DNA of 64,000 nt, taken from positions 1-64,000 of IMG/VR virus record IMGVR_UViG_3300028048_000069; one strand, given 5' to 3'. A program made the translations under genes and the position numbers. The DNA comes from a virus. Its lineage: Duplodnaviria; Caudoviricetes. Shown here piece by piece: positions 11,401 through 19,636 of this stretch (its first letter is position 1; every line of letters begins with the position of its first letter). The notes under the pieces are model-generated. The model made no database searches, had not been told where the DNA came from, and saw nothing but the letters and a program-made list of their open reading frames with translations.

Positions 11401-11606
11401 AAGTAATTTTGCAAATTACTAATAATTCCGAAGAAGCAAACATTAAAAAGGTATTAGCAGTATTTTCAATTACTAATGGTGAATTACATTGGACAGGCAC
11501 TGTACGCGGTGAAAATGACCAAGTGGTTGCCTTTACAGAAGAAGGATTTGATGCTTTATTTGAAGTAAATGAACCTTCTGAAGATGAATTAGAGGATATT
11601 ATTTAG
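8487..11606 (+). CDS. Large acidic modular protein with five ASKKVKS-type linkers (putative polyprotein/inner head protein)
   Basis: Linkers at ~9417, 9816, 10206, 10728 and 11052. Confidence 0.6.
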   Translation: MDPVTNKLLQGTPYAGMGGTQERNALIGVIRNLISEDKYTVDYILNYAQSVGYQRQMAEEVFKELTGLSPKLIVNNNEYYNMPSYVPNMCIAWGTSKSNKEKAFYIVPFEYGYAVMEKDEVNAPIPTVISATIPEAFEELKKVAKGIQTLDKIITKKLLEAEDVQTDAHTVHQVNLPYAASPLQILKKNFKDKVLSVSEFERQASKLLASEEITVDEAEDLMAWKQDLIDEDETYGNDVLELDEQWKPLDADVDEDLESFDYTYSLLVNGNIDLYKERLNKMSKAELMDYISWAEEMGIGREELKLHYITASKQVKSSNNFTKQPGYPLVFVSENDEEVLSHEEFVDMWNEDNPDNPIGEWDEQDNAYFDWLDQHYNVMEDEMEEYLRKATLPKGITIKIKPGATKGGQLWVEGDTSDKSAVAKVMIDAANACGWEVENDQKTASKKVKSELSADVKSEMEQEAQNIIKKFKPYVIKWEADDNGGSVLIGDKNSDFQAWVDVWISGNDVDCDWNQYITHVNDPKEYRDLQVRNDTETVFDLATSEAIYCLEQNNIIAQDETARWFMVRNNKKNASKKVISESVSVKDLEAKAKHYEDLLKEEGYKDMKVTPYFAYGSYGFYFDWTRDDGKSGQKFTGLGTKKETLNNLKLVYYELVNRIDWFMKRKSANSNLNDSIKEWYTKTYKTDECGADINPNTTFMEVLSDAENAYDLIGVTDSVVRERVFDELSKRTNIPYEKIFNMWMGKQASKKVKSNNKDIVVIDTGNGYLQVFENDDTYDYGGHQVGEQLYEFSINDEDRNNGKATLDVDDLLNSKFYGIVFEDFDKLEWFVQHIKDSNTQQEIKNLLNKEAKGVYSSKKVTAENMTLDDIEAEDNKDQVQEEIEKIDETPTEDIFSETTPEQYFDKALQEDKVDTINDVVSKCIDKFSEKFKDFDKYQVKILSYNTKVLEDDKPVQEEMVEDKELNANAILQVILQITNNSEEANIKKVLAVFSITNGELHWTGTVRGENDQVVAFTEEGFDALFEVNEPSEDELEDII

Positions 11607-11621
11607 GAGATTAATCTAAAT

Positions 11622-11882
11622 ATGAAATTTACAAAAGTGGTGAAATCAAAACAATCAACAGTTGATATAAAAGAAGAATTCGATAAAACTATATTAGAAG
11701 CAGATAAATTTTATAATTCTATAAATAACTTACAATCAATTATCGCTGATGTTATTTCTGAAGAAAAATATTCTGCACATTATAGCGATAATCTTATATC
11801 AGAAAAAATTAATGAGTTGAAAAATTATTTAAATTCAATAAATATAACATTAAAAGATATATCTAAAATTTATTATAAATAA
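11622..11882 (+). CDS. Small protein with MKF..KS leader
   Basis: MKFTKVVKS; AGGAG RBS. Confidence 0.65.
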   Translation: MKFTKVVKSKQSTVDIKEEFDKTILEADKFYNSINNLQSIIADVISEEKYSAHYSDNLISEKINELKNYLNSINITLKDISKIYYK

Positions 11883-11934
11883 TAAATTTGCGCTTGACCC
11901 TCCAGCGCATTGTAGCAAGTTATTAAAATTGCTC

Positions 11935-11962
11935 AAAGCCTAGCCAACTGCTAGGCTTTTTT
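11935..11962 (+). terminator. Intrinsic terminator
   Basis: AAAGCCTAGC-caact-GCTAGGCTTT followed by TTT. Confidence 0.8.
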
Positions 11963-11972
11963 ATTGCCTATA

Positions 11973-11988
11973 TCATTTAGATTTATAT
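11973..11988 (+). promoter_or_regulatory. Putative late promoter motif
   Basis: TCATTTAGATTTATAT. Confidence 0.65.
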
Positions 11989-12013
11989 ATTCAGAATAAA
12001 GGAGAAAAAGAAT

Positions 12014-12421
12014 ATGGCAAACCCAATGAGTGAATTTAAACAAGGTTTTTCTAAATCTTATGAAATTCAAGGAAAAACATTCTTGTTTCGCAGTTTAAGT
12101 ACTAAAGAGAGTAACGAGATTGAAAAAGAGGTCGCTCGCCAAACAGTTTCATTAAATGATGATAGCACCTTTAATACTCGTAAAATTGAAACCTTGGCCA
12201 GTTGTTTAGTTTCCGTAGATGGAACTAACTTAAATAAATTTGAAGATATTCAAATTGAAGTAAGTAAAGGTACTTCAGAAAGAGAAGCCATTAAAAATAT
12301 GCTCGGTGAACTTGACGATTCATTTACAAGTTTATTATATCTTTTTTATTTAGATATGTTGAAACTTAAAGATAAGCGTTATGAGAAAGAAGCTTCATTT
12401 CTTAACAGTAGTACAAATTGA
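12014..12421 (+). CDS. Putative tail assembly chaperone (short paralog)
   Basis: F.FRSLST.E..EI pattern typical of tail chaperones; lies upstream of the tape measure gene. Confidence 0.55.
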   Translation: MANPMSEFKQGFSKSYEIQGKTFLFRSLSTKESNEIEKEVARQTVSLNDDSTFNTRKIETLASCLVSVDGTNLNKFEDIQIEVSKGTSEREAIKNMLGELDDSFTSLLYLFYLDMLKLKDKRYEKEASFLNSSTN

Positions 12422-13409
12422 ACCACTCTAGAAATTCTTCTAAATTATAAAAAATTTTATAATTAAGATTATTTCTTTTAAAAGTTGCTAATTTATTAGG
12501 GTCATCTATAGTCCAAATATAGATGGCCTTATTATATTGCTTTTTTAGTTCATTTTTAAAATCAATCTCTTTTGATTTTTTAATCCAATTATTTAATTGT
12601 TCTTGATGGTTCAGATTATTTTTATCATATGGTTCAAAACCATGTGTCCAATAAAAATTTAATTCGATAAAAAGATCTAATGATTTTATATAAAAATCAC
12701 ATTCAAAAGGATATCTTTCTTTATCATAGTAATGATGTATGATATCTTCAAAATTAAATTTATGAATTAAAAATTGATAAATCATATCTTCTGCATTAGA
12801 TGTTCCATAAGTTCCATTTTTCTTTCTTGTTTGATAACGCTTTCTATTAATATTCTCTATTTTAGAAGACATTTTTTCTTTATATTCCATAGTTTTTGAA
12901 TAGCTATCCACTCCTCTTCGCTTCATATTAGTTTCTTTCATCTTTGGTCTATTGTTATAAAATTCGTCGCCATATAAAATATTACAAGTATTTCTAGCTT
13001 TAGTTCTATTTGTGTAATGTGGATGATTATATCTTTTTAAATTAGTGGCTTCTCTTTTATTTGGATTTGTATAGTATTTATTATTATATCTTTTATAGCA
13101 TGTATTATATGCTTTTTCTCTGCTATACTTTGTTCCACAACTTCTACAACAGTGGTATTTATAAATAATGCCATCAAATGGATTTTTATTTCCACAATTA
13201 CAAAAAATATGTAAATCTTCCAAATTATCTTTATGTTTTAGCAGATAAATTAGTTCATTATTGCTTCTTATATTAAGATTATTATTAGAAATTATTTTGC
13301 TTAAAATAGGTTTATTTGGATTATATCTAGTGGGTCTATTACCACTCAATTTTAATTGTTTTATTAGTGGTTCTGTTTCTAAGAAATTTTTTATATCTTG
13401 TATAGTCAT
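12402..13409 (-). mobile_element. Free-standing homing-endonuclease-like gene (Zn-binding/basic repeats plus PD-(D/E)xK, Vsr/DUF559-like domain)
   Basis: CNCG...CCRSC; repeats KRYNNKYYTN/KRYNHPHYTN; C-terminal ECDFYI...FIELN.YWTHG; antisense insertion in the tail operon. Confidence 0.7.
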
Positions 13410-13469
13410 ATAAAATAAAAACCACGAAATTTTAAGTTTTGGAAACTTTGGGAAGATTTCGTGGCTATA

Positions 13470-13481
13470 ATATTATACTAA
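13470..13481 (-). promoter_or_regulatory. TTAGTATAATAT promoter motif for the endonuclease gene
   Basis: + strand ATATTATACTAA lies ~60 nt upstream of the minus-strand ATG. Confidence 0.55.
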
Positions 13482-13569
13482 TTAAAGTATAATAAATTTA
13501 ATACTCAAATTGTTTGAACTTCCCTAGGTGTTTCCAAGACCTATATAAGATATAAATGAATAGACATTA

Positions 13570-13584
13570 TCATTTAGATTTATA
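13570..13584 (+). promoter_or_regulatory. Putative late promoter motif
   Basis: TCATTTAGATTTATA. Confidence 0.65.
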
Positions 13585-13587
13585 AGA

Positions 13588-14253
13588 GTGATTCAAATGT
13601 TAGACCCTCTTTCTATATTTAAGCAATCTTTACTAAAAAAGGTTAAGGTAATGGATAAAACTTTTACATTTGACCTTTCAAAACCCCTTAAATCACTAAA
13701 TAAGGTGGATATACTAGTAAATGGCTTAAAAGCGGTAGAAAACTTAAATTTGACCGATTTTGGCGAAGTAAAACAAGGTATAGAAAGAGGTTTAACAGAG
13801 CAAGAGGCAATAAAAGAAGAAATCAGTAGTTGGGAAATTGAAATAATCAATATATTAGTTGGTAAATATATTGAATTACTGAAAGCGCAAGAACCGATAG
13901 ATTTCAAAAAAATGCCCGATTTACGCATATATTGGAAGTTGCGTAAGATATTTACAAAAGAAGAAATAGATAATTGGTCGCAGATAGATTATGATTGGGC
14001 AGTTTGGAATTTACAACAAGATTTTATAGATAAAGATGAATTTGATGATAGGCAATTAGAAAAGAGAAAACCTTGGTACTCAGTAGATTTATATAATCAT
14101 ATTAATAAAGTTGAAGAACAAAAGAAAGCAGAAGAACAAGAAAATAAACTCTTAATACAAAAATTAATGGAAAAACAAGGTATTGATAGTAATAATTACG
14201 AAATTGAATTGGTAGAAGAGGAAGATATTCCAACAGTAATTGAGGAAAAATAG
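13588..14253 (+). CDS. Putative tail assembly chaperone, long paralog (start may be ATG 13597)
   Basis: N-terminal half aligns by eye with the 12014 protein; directly precedes the tape measure gene. Confidence 0.55.
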   Translation: MIQMLDPLSIFKQSLLKKVKVMDKTFTFDLSKPLKSLNKVDILVNGLKAVENLNLTDFGEVKQGIERGLTEQEAIKEEISSWEIEIINILVGKYIELLKAQEPIDFKKMPDLRIYWKLRKIFTKEEIDNWSQIDYDWAVWNLQQDFIDKDEFDDRQLEKRKPWYSVDLYNHINKVEEQKKAEEQENKLLIQKLMEKQGIDSNNYEIELVEEEDIPTVIEEK

Positions 14254-14256
14254 GTT

Positions 14257-15993
14257 ATGGCAACACCAGAAAAAGATATAGAAAGAGTTCAAAAAAATTT
14301 AGATTATGTTCAAGATGAATTATTAAAAAGAATGAATGCATTCTTTGGTGAAGCCAATTTGGGTAAAAATACAGATGATTTAGTTAAACAATTAAAAGAG
14401 TGGAAATTAAATATCCAAAAAGAAAATAGTGAGTTAAAGAAAAGACAAAGACTAGTTGAATTAGCAACAAAAGAAGAACAAGAAAGATTAAATAGTTTAA
14501 AAACATTAAATCAGCAAGCAAAAAAACCTGGAGTTTTAGGCGGTTTTTTACAAAGAATTGGATTTAATGAAAATTTATCAAAAGATGATTTAACTGCTCA
14601 ATATAGAGCGCGTCAAAGAGCAGGTGCTATAGAAACTATTGCATCTGGAAATCTTGGTGCTGGTTTAAGACAATTAGGTTCCACAATACCTAAAATTGCT
14701 AATTTTATGGGTGGTTCATATTATTTAGCAATAAAATTAGTAACTAGTTCATTATTAAAATTTGATAATGCCCTTGCTAAAGCATCCGCTTCAGCATCAT
14801 CTATTACTGGTGGATTAAATAGTGCATACCTTGGAAGAGGCGGACTCTCTATGGAATTTAATGCACAGATGAAAAATGCATTATACGATTTAGGTATGCA
14901 AAAAGAATATGATAATATTCGTCAAGCACTTCAAAAAGGTTATGGATTTGCTAGTTATCAAGGTAAACAACAAGATTTTATATCTACAATGGCTAATGCT
15001 CAAAAGGGTTTAGGAGCTTATGGAATAGATGCAAATTCTGTTAATGGTCTTGTAGCAAATTTGAGATCAATAGAAGGTAAAAATCAACAAGGTGTATATG
15101 CATCATTGCAAAGATTAACTGATAGATTTTCAAGTTCAAAAATGTTTTCACCAGAACAAGCACTACAACAAGCGACATCACTTTATGACCAAACAAAACA
15201 TCTAGGTACAAATTTTGAATGGGCATCAAGAGCAATTAAAAGTTTTGAGATTGGATTAAAAAATGGTACTATTTCATTATCGGATTTTGCGGCTGTGAAT
15301 AGAAGTTTAAGAGGCGGTGGTATTTCTCAAAATGCTGGAATAGCAGAAGTTGTATCTGATTATGCAGGTCGTCATGGAATGAATTTACCCTCTTCATTTT
15401 TAAGTTCAAATGCTGTTGGAAGAGGGTTTGCTGTTTCAACTAGGGCGATGCTTGGAAATAATCAATTTGCTCGCGCTTATCAGGGACAAATACAAGAAAT
15501 GATAGACCAAATGGGAATGTCATCAAGAGAAGAACGAGCAGGTGCTCTACAAATGATTTTACAAAGTAGAGGCATAAATCTTAGTCCAGAAATGGCAAAA
15601 GCAGCAATTAAATCTAATGGTAATATAGATTTAATCGGAACAAATATTATTGGGTCTGGTTCTTTCGTAAAACAAGAAAAAGAAGCACAGCAAGCAAAAG
15701 AATATGAAAATAGAGTAAAAAAATATTATGAAGGAACGACCTCTTGGCATAATAAAGTTTTAGATAATTTAGGTCAATTGGTAAATAATACAGCACCTCA
15801 ATTTGCAAAAGGACTTAGTGGTGAAGTAACTGGTGATGCTCCAGTGCGCGAATTTATAGGATTTTTCGCTAATCCAGGTAATTGGTTACCTGGATTAGTA
15901 AAAGATACAGCAAAAGCACTTGCAGATGCAAATCAAGGGATGTACAATGGTGGTAATTTGCATGGTCAAAAACAAACACCATCTGGACAGTAA
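14257..15993 (+). CDS. Tape measure protein
   Basis: Ala/Gly/Gln-rich helical protein between the chaperones and the baseplate genes. Confidence 0.65.
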   Translation: MATPEKDIERVQKNLDYVQDELLKRMNAFFGEANLGKNTDDLVKQLKEWKLNIQKENSELKKRQRLVELATKEEQERLNSLKTLNQQAKKPGVLGGFLQRIGFNENLSKDDLTAQYRARQRAGAIETIASGNLGAGLRQLGSTIPKIANFMGGSYYLAIKLVTSSLLKFDNALAKASASASSITGGLNSAYLGRGGLSMEFNAQMKNALYDLGMQKEYDNIRQALQKGYGFASYQGKQQDFISTMANAQKGLGAYGIDANSVNGLVANLRSIEGKNQQGVYASLQRLTDRFSSSKMFSPEQALQQATSLYDQTKHLGTNFEWASRAIKSFEIGLKNGTISLSDFAAVNRSLRGGGISQNAGIAEVVSDYAGRHGMNLPSSFLSSNAVGRGFAVSTRAMLGNNQFARAYQGQIQEMIDQMGMSSREERAGALQMILQSRGINLSPEMAKAAIKSNGNIDLIGTNIIGSGSFVKQEKEAQQAKEYENRVKKYYEGTTSWHNKVLDNLGQLVNNTAPQFAKGLSGEVTGDAPVREFIGFFANPGNWLPGLVKDTAKALADANQGMYNGGNLHGQKQTPSGQ

Positions 15994-15994
15994 T

Positions 15995-16126
15995 TTAAGG
16001 TCTGTTTAAATAGCTTCCATCTTTCCACCCATTCCATTTGGCAAAAGAAACAAATATCTTCGCCACAATAAAAAACATAATTATAGCAAGAACAATCATA
16101 CCAATTACTACATTTAAATTATTCAT
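15995..16126 (-). CDS. 43-aa single-pass membrane peptide (not in ORF track)
   Basis: MNNLNVVIGMIVLAIIMFFIVAKIFVSFAKWNGWKDGSYLNRP*; GGAGGGA RBS; perfect promoter upstream. Confidence 0.7.
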   Translation of the reverse strand: MNNLNVVIGMIVLAIIMFFIVAKIFVSFAKWNGWKDGSYLNRP

Positions 16127-16152
16127 ATTCCCTCCATATTGCCTCTACTAAT

Positions 16153-16181
16153 ATTATAATGATTTTTTGTTATTTTGTCAA
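16153..16181 (-). promoter_or_regulatory. Consensus sigma70/sigmaA promoter
   Basis: TTGACA (16181-16176), 17-nt spacer, TATAAT (16158-16153). Confidence 0.8.
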
Positions 16182-16221
16182 GTATTAATTTGCATTAGAT
16201 TCGGCACTATTTTATACCATA

Positions 16222-16238
16222 TCATTTAGATTTTATAT
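16222..16238 (+). promoter_or_regulatory. Putative late promoter motif
   Basis: TCATTTAGATTTTATAT. Confidence 0.65.
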
Positions 16239-16260
16239 ACAAATTTGAAAGGATAAAACA

Positions 16261-17085
16261 ATGTCATTAGATGCAAGAACTTCACTCCGTAGAATGTTAG
16301 TAGGTAATTTGGATATGGGATTACTTTTAGTAATGCGCCCGAACCCACAAACATTTCAAAAAACTTCAAATAAAATAGTAAGTGAACAATTAACAAATTC
16401 TGGATGGGTAACTACACATTGGGGAAACCAAATGGATGTTATTACTGTTTCTGGTGTTACTGCATCTAAAGTTGGAGTTCCACAACATTATAAAAAAGAT
16501 GAATTTTTAACCGCAAACTCTTCATCTTATCTTAATGATATGACATCTAATTCTGGTACTGCTAAACATGGTCCAAAACAATGGGCGGATGTAGATAGGT
16601 TTATGCTTAAATTAGAGCAGATTTATAAGTTAGATAAAGAAAGAGTAGGAAATTTAGCAGATTTATCTAGTGCTGCTCATTCATCTTTGTATAAGGGTTC
16701 TAAAAATATTTACAATTTACTTGTTAAAAAACAGAATGAAATAACTGAAGATAATTCAAAAAGTAGATCTGACCTATTAGAATCTATAAGAAATGGAACT
16801 GCTGCTCGTGCTCGTTCATTTATTGTGTACGATTATTGTATTTATTGGGGTTATTTTACCAACTTTAGTTATACAGAATCGGCAACAGATAAACCTAGAC
16901 AATTTAGTTATAATTTTACTTTTAAAGTGGTAAACTCTACTACTGATTGGTTAAGTCAATCTTTAATTAGTAATTTCCCAGAAGCAAGAATTTTAAACTT
17001 CTTTAGCCAAATCGGTGAAAATGCAGATTACATTATAAGCCAAACTTTATCTATGGATAAAGTATTGAAAGGCATAATGATATAG
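16261..17085 (+). CDS. Tail tube initiator / baseplate tube-like protein
   Basis: NPQ...GW...HWG...ITVSG...YWGYFTNFSYTE...F.Y.FTF pattern; follows the tape measure gene. Confidence 0.55.
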   Translation: MSLDARTSLRRMLVGNLDMGLLLVMRPNPQTFQKTSNKIVSEQLTNSGWVTTHWGNQMDVITVSGVTASKVGVPQHYKKDEFLTANSSSYLNDMTSNSGTAKHGPKQWADVDRFMLKLEQIYKLDKERVGNLADLSSAAHSSLYKGSKNIYNLLVKKQNEITEDNSKSRSDLLESIRNGTAARARSFIVYDYCIYWGYFTNFSYTESATDKPRQFSYNFTFKVVNSTTDWLSQSLISNFPEARILNFFSQIGENADYIISQTLSMDKVLKGIMI

Positions 17086-17094
17086 GAATAATCT

Positions 17095-19635
17095 ATGGGT
17101 ATTTTATCGGCAGAAAACAATACAGCATATACCGCTAATAATGAATGTAAAATTTATATAATCAAGCAAATAGATTATGATAAAATTGATGATTTCAAAA
17201 AGATTTATGTTGATTATATAAATAGTCAAAATACTTCGTGGTCAACTAAAGTAGATAATATAAATGTGTTGGATAACTATAAAATAAGTCTAACACCTTT
17301 ACTTACTTTTGAACAACAAACAAATCCGCCTTACACCGAAATAATATTTAATAATACTATTGATAAACCTACATTCGCAGACAGATGTTGGTTTTATACT
17401 CCTTTATTTGAATTAAGAAATTGTCCTTTGTTAGATTTTTCTAAATATGCTTATGTGTTTCAAATAAATGGGCAAACAAAAAGTGGATTATCTAATGTTG
17501 TTTCTTTTAATACAACATTTAATGTAAATGGTCAATCTACTTGTGAAATTATTATTAACAATAAAGATTTTAAGTATAATTTTAAATATTTTAATGACCC
17601 TAAAAAATATACATTACATTTACGACCATTTTTTGACACAAATGATATTATAATAGTTCGATATCAGAAAAAGAATACTGATGCTCGCCAATTAACTGGT
17701 TCATTTGTAAAACAAAGAATAGAAACATATGAAGACCCATATTTAGGTTCTGAAAATGACCCTTTAACTACCATTTTTACTGGTTATATTAATGATATAA
17801 ATAGTGCATTTTCATTCAATAGTGGGCAACAAACTATGTCTATTATTTGTACTGGTCCAAGTAAAAAATTGACTTGGACAAGATTATTGTCAAATAATGC
17901 TGTTGGTTCAAGGGATTCTGGTTCGGCACTATTGCCTATATCTGCATTTACAAATCCGCAAACAAATGATGATAACAATAAGGTTACATTGGAAAATAGG
18001 GATGTTATTAAAAATGTTATAACAAGAACTATGTCTGGGGTATTAAATATACCAGAAGTACAAAAGGCTTACGAAGATTTTCAAACATCATTCGATATTA
18101 ATGCTAACCTTATTACAGATAGTTATAGAAAGAACTTGGAAGAAAAACTTAAAAAAGCAGAAGATTCAAATGATAAAAAATTAGTTGATAAATATAGTAA
18201 TGAAATAAATGCTTATAGGTCTAAATTAAATTCTAGTATACAGACATCTAGAAAAACTTATAATGAAACTATTATGGCGAATATGAATAAATTTTCTGTA
18301 GAAGAAAATGGTATGATTCATATTAAAAAACATTCATTTTTAGGCGGTAATTATTTTCCTAAAACTCCATCTGTATTTGTAATAAATGGAACAACACAAC
18401 CTGCTTATCAATATGCTTTTAATAATTTTCAATCTATATTTCAATCGGACTTTTCAACAGTTTATCAATTTATTAAAGGTATAGCGGATAATTTACAATT
18501 TAACTTCTATGACGACCCATATGGAACTATACATTTTAGTGTTCCAGATATGACTTTGTTACATTTAGAAAAAGGAAATGGACCAAATAATATAACTCAA
18601 CTTATTTCCTTTGCAGAAACCCAAAATACAGAGAATATTGCTAATATTCAGTATGGTCAGGCTCAAAGTGTTTATTCAGTAGATATGAATATGATAAACA
18701 CAGTAACAAAGGATTATCAATCTATCGCTAAATATGGTGAAAAAATGATGCAACCATTTAGTATGGTAGGTATCACTTCGCAGACCGCTATTAGATATGC
18801 TTCTAAAATGAGAATGAATAAATATAACAGAAAAGCATTATCTAATATTAGAATTTCTATACAAGGTGAACCGCAGATTAAATTTGATAAATATGCATAT
18901 ATAAAAGAACTTCGTAAGTTGTTTTATATAGAATCTTATTCACATTCTTACAACGCGGGCGGAGAATTTACCACTTCAATTAATGGAACTTATACGAGAG
19001 AAGTTTTGGCTGATGCTGAATGTGAAAATTCCTTTATTAAAATAAAAGAAGAAGATGTAGAAAATCTATCTGATAAAGATAAAAAATTTTATAAAAATTC
19101 ATTTGCAAGAAGATTAGAACTTGCAACTAGTACAGAGGATATTCAAAGAACATTAGATGAAATAACTTTTAATCTGTCAGAAAAAACATTGAACGACGAA
19201 ATATATGCTATTTATGTTAGAAATTGGGCATACCCACAAGATAATGAAACTTTAAAAATGGAAATAGGTTCAATGTATACAGAAGAAAAATTAAGACAAT
19301 GCTATTTAGATGGTTTCTTTTGGGCAATTCCATTCGACATAAACATCTATGATACCGCAAAAAGTATTCAAGAAGAAGAATTTAAAAAATTAGCACAATT
19401 TAATAAAACTCAAAATGCTAAAAAAGAGTCTAAATCTAAAGCGGAGAAGGCAAGTACACAGAATAAACAACAGACTCCTAATACGAATGAAGCCTTGCCT
19501 TATTGCCCAGTTACTTATAATAGAGGAGATAGAGGAACAAATAAAAAAGAATTTCCTAAATTTCCTACATTGTTAGACATTATAAAAGTACCTTCAATAC
19601 TTAATTTTAAATTGGAATATAAGAAGAATAAATAA
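17095..19635 (+). CDS. Baseplate hub protein
   Basis: IFTGYI, FYDDPYGTIHF, IAKYG and FYIESYSHSY..G.FTT hub-type motifs. Confidence 0.65.
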   Translation: MGILSAENNTAYTANNECKIYIIKQIDYDKIDDFKKIYVDYINSQNTSWSTKVDNINVLDNYKISLTPLLTFEQQTNPPYTEIIFNNTIDKPTFADRCWFYTPLFELRNCPLLDFSKYAYVFQINGQTKSGLSNVVSFNTTFNVNGQSTCEIIINNKDFKYNFKYFNDPKKYTLHLRPFFDTNDIIIVRYQKKNTDARQLTGSFVKQRIETYEDPYLGSENDPLTTIFTGYINDINSAFSFNSGQQTMSIICTGPSKKLTWTRLLSNNAVGSRDSGSALLPISAFTNPQTNDDNNKVTLENRDVIKNVITRTMSGVLNIPEVQKAYEDFQTSFDINANLITDSYRKNLEEKLKKAEDSNDKKLVDKYSNEINAYRSKLNSSIQTSRKTYNETIMANMNKFSVEENGMIHIKKHSFLGGNYFPKTPSVFVINGTTQPAYQYAFNNFQSIFQSDFSTVYQFIKGIADNLQFNFYDDPYGTIHFSVPDMTLLHLEKGNGPNNITQLISFAETQNTENIANIQYGQAQSVYSVDMNMINTVTKDYQSIAKYGEKMMQPFSMVGITSQTAIRYASKMRMNKYNRKALSNIRISIQGEPQIKFDKYAYIKELRKLFYIESYSHSYNAGGEFTTSINGTYTREVLADAECENSFIKIKEEDVENLSDKDKKFYKNSFARRLELATSTEDIQRTLDEITFNLSEKTLNDEIYAIYVRNWAYPQDNETLKMEIGSMYTEEKLRQCYLDGFFWAIPFDINIYDTAKSIQEEEFKKLAQFNKTQNAKKESKSKAEKASTQNKQQTPNTNEALPYCPVTYNRGDRGTNKKEFPKFPTLLDIIKVPSILNFKLEYKKNK

Positions 19636-19636
19636 T

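Noticed and set aside
184-11882. MKF leaders as Sec/lipoprotein signal peptides or chance AT-rich starts
   Set aside because: There is no hydrophobic h-region or lipobox. Conservation extends to positions 5, 8 and 9 with varied codons, and the motif is absent from the many non-structural genes in the window.
12380-12421. Programmed -1 frameshift at the end of the first tail chaperone
   Set aside because: No clear slippery heptamer, and the downstream sequence is the antisense endonuclease gene.
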